Below, piece after piece: positions 1 to 10,700 of a DNA stretch of 64,000 bases. The position numbers were made by a program, and so were the translations under genes. Origin of the DNA: the human T2T-CHM13v2.0 reference genome, Homo sapiens; assembly GCF_009914755.1 (NCBI RefSeq), contig NC_060948.1, one strand, 5' to 3'. Every line of letters starts with the position of its first letter. The first letter of the stretch is position 1. The notes below the pieces were generated by a model. The model did no database searches. It saw only the letters and a program-made list of their open reading frames with translations, and was not told where the DNA came from.

Positions 1-1404
1 ATGGAATCAAATCGCATGAAATGGAATGGAATAGAAAGGAATGGAATGAAATGGATTGGAAAGGATTCGAATGGAATGCAATCGAATGGAATGGAATCGA
101 ACGGAATGGAATAAAATGGAAGAAAACTGGCAAGAAATGGAATCGAAATGAATGGAGTGTTATGGAACGGACTCAAAAGGAATTGAATGTAATAGAATGG
201 AGTGGAGTGGACTCGAATATAATGGACTGGAATGGAATGAAATCACATGGAATGGGAACGAATGGAATGGAATGGAAATGAATGGAATCGAATGGAAAGG
301 AATCGAATGGAAGGGAATGAAATTGAATCAACAGGAATGGAAGGGAATAGAATAGACGGTAATGGAATGGACTCGAATAGAATGGACACGAATGCTCAAA
401 TTGAATGGACTCGAATGGAATGAAAAGGAAAGGAATGTCATCGAATGGAATTGAATCGATTGGAATGAAATCGCATAGAATGGAGTGGAATCAAAGGGAA
501 TTGAATCGAAAGGAAAGGAAGCGAATGGACTGAAATGAAATGGAATGGAATTGAATGGAAAGTAATGCAATGGAAGAGAATGGAAGGAAATTTCACGGAA
601 TGGAATCAAACTGAATGGAATCAAATCAATGGAATATAATCAAATGGAATGGAAAGGAATTGAATGGAGTAGATGGGATTGGATGGGATTGGAATGAAAT
701 GTACTGGAAAGGACTCGAATTTCATGAAACGGAATGGAATGAATTGGAACGGAATGGACTCGAATAGAATGGAATGTCATGGAATGGCATCAAATGGAAT
801 GGCATCAAATGGAATGGAATCGAATGCAATGGAATGCTATGGAATGGAATGGAATGCATTCGAATGGAATGTCCTCTAATGGAATGCATTCGAGTGGAAT
901 GGAATCGAATATAATGGAGTCGAATGAAATGGAATTGAAAGGAATGGGATCGAATACAATGGAATATACTGGAATGTAAGGTAATGAACTCGAATGTAAT
1001 TGACTGGAATGGAATGTACATGAATGAAATGTAATCGAATGGAAAGTAATCCAATGGAATAGAATCTAATGCAATAAAATCGACTCAGATAGAGTAGAAT
1101 GTAATGGAATGGAGTGCAGTGCAATGGAATGGAATGGAATGGAATGCAATGGAATGGAATGGAATGGAATGGAATGGGATGGAATGGTATGGAATGGATA
1201 GTAATGGACTGGAGTGAAATGGACTGGAAAGGAATGGACTCAAATTGAAAGGGCTCGAAAGGAATGGAGACAAATGGAATGGTCTGGAATGGAATGAACA
1301 CGAATGTAATGCAATCCAATAGAATGGAGTCGAATGGCATGGAATATAAAGAAATGGAATCGAAGAGAATGGAAACAAATGGAATGGAATTGAATGGAAT
1401 GGAA

Positions 1405-1558
1405 TTGAATGGAATGGGAACGAATGGAGTGAAATTTTATGCAGTAGAAGAGAATAGAATGGAATGCAAGCGAAAGGAAAGGAATGGATTGGAATGGAAT
1501 GGAATTCATTGGAATGGAAGGGAATGTAGTGTAATGGACAGGCCTGGAATAAAGTGGA
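1405..1558. other. DYZ1 diagnostic landmark segment (EcoRI and HaeIII/StuI sites; target of classic Y-repeat sexing PCR)
   Basis: Seen: TTGAATGGAATGGGAACGAATGG at 1405-1427 and GGACAGGCCTGGAATAAAGTGGA at 1536-1558, spanning 154 bp. From memory these match the Y1.2 primer and the reverse complement of the Y1.1 primer. The segment recurs in every unit; the unit 2 copy has mismatches in both primer sites. Confidence 0.85.
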
Positions 1559-4353
1559 ATGCTACGGTCTCGAATGGAATAAAAATGTATGGAATGGAAT
1601 GCAATGAAACGGAATCGAATGTCATAGAATGTAATGGAATGCAAAAAAATGGACTCCAAAATCATTGACTGGAAAGGCTGGGTGTCGAAAGGAATTGACT
1701 CCAATGGAATGGAATCGAATGGAATGGAAGTGAATAGAATCGAACTAAATCGAATGGAATGGAATTGATAGGAACGGAATGGAAAGGAATGCAATGATTT
1801 GGCATGGAATGGAATCGAATGGCATCGAATGGAATGGAATGGAATGCAATGGAATGGAATGTATTAGAATGTAATGAACTTTAATGGAATGTACTCGAAT
1901 GGATTCGACTGGAATGGAATGTTGTGGAAGTGAATGGACTCCAATGGAATGGATTCAAAAGGAATGGAATCGTGCCGAATGGAATCTAATGGAATGGAAT
2001 TAAATGGAAATAAATCAAATTGAATAGCACGGAATTGAATTGAATGGAATCGAATGCAATGGAATCTAATGAAACGGAAAGGAAAGGAATGGAATGGAAT
2101 GGAATGGGCTGGAATGGAAAGGAATCGAAACGAATGGAATGGAATCGAACTGAAGAGACTGGAATGGAATGCACTGGAATGGAAGGGAGTGTAATGGAAG
2201 GTTCTCGACAAAAATGGAATCGAATGGAATGGAATTGAATGGAACGGAATAGAGTCGAATGGAATTGAATGGAATGGAATGGACTAGAGTGAAATGGAAT
2301 CGAACCACAAGGAATGGACAGGAATAGAATGGTCTCGAATTGAATGGAATCGTATGGAATGGCATCAAACGGAATGGAATGGACAGCCACGGAATGGAAT
2401 GCACTCGAATGCAATGGAGTCGAAACTAATGGACTGGAATAGAATGGACTCGACTGGTACGGACTCCAAAGGAATGGAATCGAATGGAAGGGAATCGAAC
2501 GGAATGGACTCGAAGGGAAAAGACTGCAATGGAAAGGTCTCGAATGGAATGGAAATTAATGGAATGGAATGGAATCGAATGAAATGGAGTCAAAAGGAAT
2601 GGAATCGAATGGCAAGAAATCGAATGTAATGGAATCGCAAGGAATTGATGTGAAGGGAACGGAATGGAATGGAATCCAAAGGAATGGAATAGAATGGAAT
2701 GGAATCGAATGGAAAGGACTCGAATGGAAATCACTCGAATAGAATGCAATTTAATAAAATAGGATCAAATGTAATGGAATGGAATGGAAAGGAATCGAAA
2801 CGAAAGGAATGGAGACAGATGGAATGGAATGGAACAGAGAGCAATGGTATAGAATGGAATGGAATCATCTGGAATGGAATTGAATGGAATGGAATAATAT
2901 GAAATGGAATGGAATGGAATGGAATGCCCTTGAATTAAATGGACTGGAATGGAATGGACTCGAACAGAGTGGAATGGAAAGTGTTGAGATAGAATGGAAT
3001 GGACTCCTTTGGAATGGTCTAGTATGCAATGCAATCGACTGGCAGGGAATCAAAAGGAATGTAATCGAATGGATTGGACTGGAATGCAATGGACTCGAAT
3101 AGATTGGAAACGGAATGCAAAGGAATGGAATGGAATAGTATGGAATGGAATGGAAAGGAATGGAGTGGAATAGACTAGAGTGCAATGGAATGGACTGGAA
3201 AGCAATGGACTGGAATGGAACTTTCTTGAATGGACTGGAATCAAACGGAATGGAATGCAATGCAATCAAATGGCATGGAATAAAATAGAATGAAAGAGAA
3301 TCAAATGGAATTGAATCGAATGGAATCGAATGGATTGGAAAGGAATAGAATGGAATGGAATGGAATTGACTCAAATGGAATGGACTAGAATGGAATGGAT
3401 TCGAATGGAAGGCAAATGAATGGAATGTATTGGAATGGACTGTAATGGAATGGAATGGAAGGGATTGGAATGGACTCGAATGTAATGGACAGCAATAGAA
3501 AGGATGCGAATGGAATGAAAAAGAATTGAATGGAATAGAACAGAATGGAATCAAATCGCATGAAATGGAATGGAATAGAAAGGAATGGAATGAAATGGAA
3601 TGGAAAGGATTCTAATGGAATGCAATCGAATGGAATGGAATCGAACGGAATGGAATAAAATGGAAGAAAACTGGCAAGAAATGGAATCGAAATGAATGGA
3701 GTGTTATGGAACGGACTCAAAAGGAATTGAATGTAATAGAATGGAGTGGAGTGGACTCGAATATAATGGACTGGAATGGAATGAAATCACATGGAATGGG
3801 AACGAATGGAATGGAATGGAAAGGAATGGAATCGAATGGAAAGGAATCGAATGGAAGGGAATGAAATTGAATCAACAGGAATGGAAGGGAATAGAATAGA
3901 CGGTAATGGAATGGACTCGAATAGAATGGACACGAAAGGAATGTCATCGAATGGAATTGAATCGATTGGAATGAAATCGCTTAGAATGGAGTGGAATCAA
4001 ATGGAATTGAATCGAAAGCAAAGGAAGCGAATGGACTGAAATGAAATGGAGTCAAATTGAAAGGGCTCGAAAGGAATGGAGTCAAATGGAGTGGTCTGGA
4101 ATGGAATGAACACGAATGTAATGCAATCCAATAGAATGGAATCTAATGGCATGGAATATAAAGAAATGGAATCGAAGAGAATGGAAACAAATGGAATGGA
4201 ATTGAATGGAATGGAATTGAATGGAATGGGGACGAAAGGAGTGAAACTGTATGCAGTAGAAGAGAATAGAATGGAATGCAAGCGAAAGGAAAGAATGGAT
4301 TGGAATGGAATGGAATTCATTGGAATGGAAGGGAATGTAGTGTAATGGACAGG
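1543..4353 (+). repeat. Short (2,811 bp) DYZ1 unit with internal deletions
   Basis: HaeIII spacing is 2811. There is a 38-bp deletion at 3936/3937, a ~690-bp deletion at 4050/4051 and a 1-bp deletion near 4292, relative to neighbouring units. Confidence 0.92.
3217..3231. promoter_or_regulatory. Perfect 3-pentamer heat-shock element motif (gGAAc-tTTCt-tGAAt), recurring in nearly every unit
   Basis: GGAACTTTCTTGAAT matches nGAAnnTTCnnGAAn exactly. This is a motif match only; HSF1 binding is not shown by the sequence. Confidence 0.5.
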
Positions 4354-4726
4354 CCTGGAATAAAGCGGAATGCTACGGTCTCGAATGGAATAAAAATGTA
4401 TGGAATGGAATGCAATGAAACGGAATCGAATGTCATAGATTGTAATGGAATGCAAAAAAATGGACTCCAAAATCATTGACTGGAAAGGCTGGGTGTCGAA
4501 AGGAATTGACTCCAATGGAATGGAATCGAATGGAATGGAAGTGAATAGAATCAAACTAAATCGAATGGAATGGAATTGATAGGAACGGAATGGAAAGGAA
4601 TGCAATGATTTGGCATGGAATGGAATCGAATGGCATCGAATGGAATGGAATGGAATGCAATGGAATGGAATGTATTAGAATGTAATGAACTTTAATGGAA
4701 TGTACTCGAATGGATTCGACTGGAAT

Positions 4727-4741
4727 GGAATGTTCTGGAAG
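4727..4741. promoter_or_regulatory. Perfect 3-pentamer heat-shock element motif (gGAAt-gTTCt-gGAAg), recurring in most units
   Basis: GGAATGTTCTGGAAG matches nGAAnnTTCnnGAAn (also at 8251-8265 and in later units). It is broken at 1916-1930 (GTTGT) and in the GGACG variants (~18901, ~25998, ~47242). Motif match only. Confidence 0.5.
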
Positions 4742-7700
4742 TGAATGGACTCCAATGGAATGGATTCAAAAGGAATGGAATCGTGCGGAATGGAATCTAA
4801 TGGAATGGAATTAAATGGAAATGAATCAAATTGAATAGCACGGAATTGAATTGAATGGAATCGAATGCAATGGAATCTAATGAAACGGAAAGGAAAGGAA
4901 TGGAATGGAATGGAATGGGCTGGAATGGAAAGGAATCGAAACGAATGGAATGGAATCGAACTGAAGAGACTGGAATGGAATGCACTGGAATGGAAGGGAG
5001 TGTAATGGAAGGTTCTCGAAAAAAATGGAATCGAATGGAATGGAATTGAATGGAACGGAATAGAGTGGAATGGAATTGAATGGAATGGAATGGACTAGAG
5101 TGAAATGGAATCGAACCACAAGGAATGGACAGGAATAGAATGGTCTCGAATTGAATGGAATCGTATGGAATGGCATCAAACGGAATGGAATGGACAGCCA
5201 CGGAATGGAATGCACTCGAATGCAATGGAGTCGAAACTAATGGACTGGAATAGAATGGACTCGACTGGTACGGACTCCAATGGAATGGAATCGAATGGAA
5301 GGGAATCGAACGGAATGGACTCGAAGGGAAAAGACTGCAATGGAAAGGTCTCGAATGGAATGGAAATTAATGGAATGGAATGGAATCGAATGAAATGGAG
5401 TCAAAAGGAATGGAATCGAATGGCAAGAAATCGAATGTAATGGAATCGCAAGGAATTGATGTGAACGGAACGGAATGGAATGGAATCCAAAGGAATGGAA
5501 TAGAATGGAATGGAATCGAATGGAAAGGACTCGAATGGAAATCACTCGAATAGAATGGAATTTAATAAAATAGGATCAAATGTAATGGAATGGAATGGAA
5601 AGGAATCGAAACGAAAGGAATGGAGACAGATGGAATGGAATGGAACAGAGAGCAATGGTATAGAATGGAATGGAATCATCTGGAATGGAATTGAATGGAA
5701 TGGAATAATATGAAATGGAACGGAATGGAATGGAATGCCCTTGAATTAAATGGACTGGAATAGAATGGACTCGAACAGAGTGGAATGGAAAGTGTTGAGA
5801 TAGAATGGAATGGACTCCTTTGGAATGGTCTAGTATGCAATGCAATCGACTGGCAGGGAATCAAAAGGAATGTAATGGAATGGATTGGACTGAAATGCAA
5901 TGGACTCGAATAGATTGGAAACGGAATGCAAAGGAATGGAATGGAATAGAATGGAATGGAATGGAAAGGAATGGAGTGGAATAGACTAGAGTGGAATGGA
6001 ACGGACTGGAAAGCAATGGACTGGAATGGAACTTTCTTGAATGGACTGGAATCAAACGGAATGGAATGCAATGCAATCAAATGGCATGGAATAAAATAGA
6101 ATGAAAGAGAATCAAATGGAATTGAATCGAATGGAATCGAATGGATTGGAAAGGAATAGAATGGAATGGAATGGAATTGACTCAAATGGAATGGACTAGA
6201 ATGGAATGGATTCGAATGGAAGGCAAAGGAATGGAATCTATTGGAATGGACTGTAATGGAATGGAATGGAAGGGATTGGAATGGACTGCAATAGAAAGGA
6301 TTCGAATGGAATGAAAAAGAATTGAATGGAATAGAACAGAATGGAATCAAATCGAATGAAATGGAATGGAATAGAAAGGAATGGAATGAAATGGAATGGA
6401 AAGGATTCGAATGGAATGCAATCGAATGGAATGGAATCGAACGGAATGGAATAAAATGGAAGAAAACTGGCAAGAAATGGAATCGAAATGAATGGAGTGT
6501 TATGGAACGGACTCAAAAGGAATTGAATGTAATAGAATGGAGTGGAGTGGACTCGAATATAATGGACTGGAATGTAATGAAATCACATGGAATGGGAACG
6601 AATGGAATGGAATGGAAATGAATGGAATCGAATGGAAAGGAATCGAATGGAAGGGAATGAAATTGAATCAACAGGAATGGAAGGGAATAGAATAGACGGT
6701 AATGGAATGGACTCGAATAGAATGGACACGAATGCTCAAATTGAATGGACTCGAATGGAATGGAAACGAAAGGAATGTCATCGAATGGAATTGAATCGAT
6801 TGGAATGAAATCGCATAGAATGGAGTGGAATCAAATGGAATTGAATCGAAAGGAAAGGAAGCGAATGGACTGAAATGAAATGGAATGGAATTGAATGGAA
6901 AGTAACGCAATGGAAGAGAATGGAACGAAATTTCACGGAATGGAATCAAACTGAATGGAATGAAATCAATGGAATATAATGAAATGGAATGGAAAGGAAT
7001 TGAATGGAATAGATTGGATTGGATGGGATTGGAATGAAATGTACTGGAAAGGACTCGAATTTCATGAAACGGAATGGAATGAATTGGAGCGGAATGGACT
7101 CGAATGGAATGGAATGTCATGGAATGGCATCAAATGGAATGGAATCGAATGCAATGGAATGCTATGGAATGGAATGGAATGCATTGGAATGGAATGTCCT
7201 CTAATGGAATGGATTCGAGTGGAATGAAATCGAATATAATGGAGTCGAATGAAATGGAATTGAAAGCAATGGGTTCGAATACAATGGAATATACTGGAAT
7301 GTAAGGTAATGAACTCGTATGTAATTGACTGGAATGGAATGTACATGAACGGAATGTAATCGAATGGAAAGTAATCCAATGGAATAGAATCTAATGCAAT
7401 AAAATCGACTCAGATAGAGTAGAATGTAATGGAATGGAGTGCAGTGCAATGGAATGGAATGGAATGGAATGCAATGGAATGGAATGGAATGGAATGGAAT
7501 GGAATGGAATGGGATGGAATGGTATGGAATGGATAGTAATGGACTGGAGTGAAATGGACTGGAAAGGAATGGACTCAAATTGAAAGGGCTCGAAAGGAAT
7601 GGAGTCAAATGGAATGGTCTGGAATGGAATGAACACGAATGTAATGCAATCCAATAGAATGGAATCGAATGGCATGGAATATAAAGAAATGGAATCGAAG

Positions 7701-10700
7701 AGAATGGAAACAAATGGAATGGAATTGAATGGAATGGAATTGAATGGAATGGGAACGAATGGAGTGAAATTGTATGCAGTAGAAGAGAATAGAATGGAAT
7801 GCAAGCGAAAGGAAAGGAATGGATTGGAATGGAATGGAATTCATTGGAATGGAAGGGAATGTAGTGTAATGGACAGGCCTGGAATAAAGTGGAATGCTAC
7901 GGTCTCGAATGGAATAAAAATGTATGGAATGGAATGCAATGAAACGGAATCGAATGTCATAGAATGTAATGGAATGCAAAAAAATGGACTCCAAAATCAT
8001 TGACTGGAAAGGCTGGGTGTCGAAAGGAATTGACTCCAATGGAATGGAATCGAATGGAATGGAAGTGAATAGAATCGAACTAAATCGAATGGAATGGAAT
8101 TGATAGGAACGGAATGGAAAGGAATGCAATGATTTGGCATGGAATGGAATCGAATGGCATCGAATGGAATGGAATGGAATGCAATGGAATGGAATGTATT
8201 AGAATGTAATGAACTTTAATGGAATGTACTCGAATGGATTCGACTGGAATGGAATGTTCTGGAAGTGAATGGACTCCAATGGAATGGATTCAAAAGGAAT
8301 GGAATCTTACGGAATGGAATCTAATGGAATGGAATTAAATGGAAATGAATCAAATTGAATAGCACGGAATTGAATTGAATGGAATCGAATGCAATGTTAA
8401 ATAATGAAACGGAAAGGAAAGGAATGGAATAGAATGGAATGGGCTGGAATGGAAAGGAATCGAAACGAATGGAATGGAATCGAACTGAAGAGACTGGAAT
8501 GGAATGCAGTGGAATGGAAGGGAGTGTAATGGAAGGTTCTCGACAAAAATGGAATCGAATGGAATGGAATTGAATGGAACGGAATAGAGTCGAATGGAAT
8601 TGAATGGAATGGAATGGACTAGAGTGAAATGGAATCGAACCACAAGGAATGGACAGGAATAGAATGGTCTCGAATTGAATGGAATCGTATGGAATGGCAT
8701 CAAACGGAATGGAATGGACAGCCACGGAATGGAATGCACTCGAATGCAATGGAGTCGAAACTAATGGACTGGAGTAGAATGGACTCGGCTGGTACGGACA
8801 CCAAAGGAATGGAATCGAATGGAATGGAATCGAACGGAATGGACTCGAAGTGAAAAGACTGCAATGGAAAGGTCTCGAATGGAATGGAAATTAATGGAGT
8901 GGAATCGAATGAAATGGAGTCAAAAGGAATGGAATCGAATGGCAAGAAATCGAATGTAATGGAATCGGAAAGAATTGATGTGAACGGAACGGAATGGAAT
9001 GGAATCCAAAGGAATGGAATAGAATGGAATGGAATCGAATGGAAAGGACTCGAATGGAAATCACTCGAATAGAATGAAATTTAATAAAATAGGATCAAAT
9101 GTAACGGAATGGAATGGAAAGGAATCGAAACGAAAGGAATGGAGACAGATGGAATGGAATGGAACAGAGAGCAATGGTATAGAATGGAATGGAATCATCT
9201 GGAATGGAATTGAATGGAATGGAATAATATGAAATGGAATGGAATGGATTGGAATGCCCTTGAATTAAATGGACTGGAATGGAATGGACTCGAAGAGAGT
9301 GGAATGGAAAGTGTTGAAATAGAACGGAATGGACTCCTTAGGAATGGTCTAATATGCAATGCAATCGACTGGCAGGGAATCAAAAGGAATGTAATCGAAT
9401 GGATTGGACTGGAATGCAATGGACTCGAATAGATTGGAAAAGGAATGCAAAGGATTGGAATGGAATAGTATGGAAAGGAATGGAAAGGAATGGAGTGGAA
9501 TAGACTAGATTGGAATGGAATGGACTCGAAAGCAATGGACTGGAATGGAACTTTCTTCAATGGACTGGAATCAAACGGAATGGAATGCAATGCAATCAAA
9601 TGGCATGGAATAAAATAGAATGAGAGAGAATCAAATGGAATTGAATCGAATGGAATCGAATGGATTGGAAAGGAATAGAATGGAAAGGAATGGAATTGAC
9701 TCAAATGGAATGGACTAGAATGGAATGGATTCGAATGGAAGGCAAAGGAATGGAATCTATTGGAATAGACTGTAATGGAATGGAATGGAAGGGATTGGAA
9801 TGGATTCGAATGGAATGGACTGCAATAGAAAGGATTCGAATGGAATGAAAAAGAATTGAATGGAATAGAACAGAATGGAATCAAATCGAATGAAATGGAA
9901 TGGAATAGAAAGGAATGGAATGAAATGGAATGGAAAGGATTCGAATGGAATGCAATCGAATGGAATGGAATCGAACGGAATGGAATAAAATGGAAGAAAA
10001 CTGGCAAGAAATGGAATAGAAATGAATGGAGTGTTATGGAACGGACTCAAAAGGAATTGAATGTAATAGAATGGAGTGGAGTGGACTCGAATATAATGGA
10101 CTGGAATGGAATGAAATCACATGGAATGGGAACGAATGGAATGGAATGGAAAGGAATGGAATCGAATGGAAAGGAATCGAATGGAAGGGAATGAAATTGA
10201 ATCAACAGGAATGGAAAGGAATAGAATAGACGGTAAAGGAATGGACTCGAATAGAATGGACACGAATGCTCAAATTGAATGGATTCGAATGGAATGGAAA
10301 CGAAAGGAATGTCATCGAATGGAATTGAATCGATTGGAATGAAATCGCATAGAATGGAGTGGAATCAAATGGAATTGAATCGAAAGGAAAGGAAGCGAAT
10401 GGACTGAAATGAAATGGAATGGAATTGAATGGAAAGTAATGCAATGGAACAGAATGGAACGAAATTTCACGGAATGGAATCAAACTGAATGGAATCAAAT
10501 CAATGGAATCTAATCAAATGGAATGGAAAGGAATTGAATGGAGTAGATTGGATTGGATGGGATTGGAATGAAATGTACTGGAAAGGACTCGAATTTCATG
10601 AAACGGAATGGAATGAATTGGAACGGAATGGACTCGAATGGAATGGAATGTCATGGAAAGGCATCAAATGGAATGGCATCAAATGGAATGGAATCGAATG

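Noticed and set aside
2753-2758. AATAAA polyadenylation-like hexamers (several per unit, e.g. 1073, 1548, 2753)
   Set aside because: They arise easily from GGAATGGAAT by G>A changes. There is no downstream GU/U-rich element or transcript evidence. Yq12 satellite transcripts have been reported but cannot be located from this sequence.
1-6700. Possible further duplication at the window start (ATCGCATGAA at 11 and 3555; GGAAATGAATGG at ~274 and ~6614)
   Set aside because: There are only one or two shared markers each, with conflicting offsets (3544 vs 6340). This cannot be resolved without upstream sequence.
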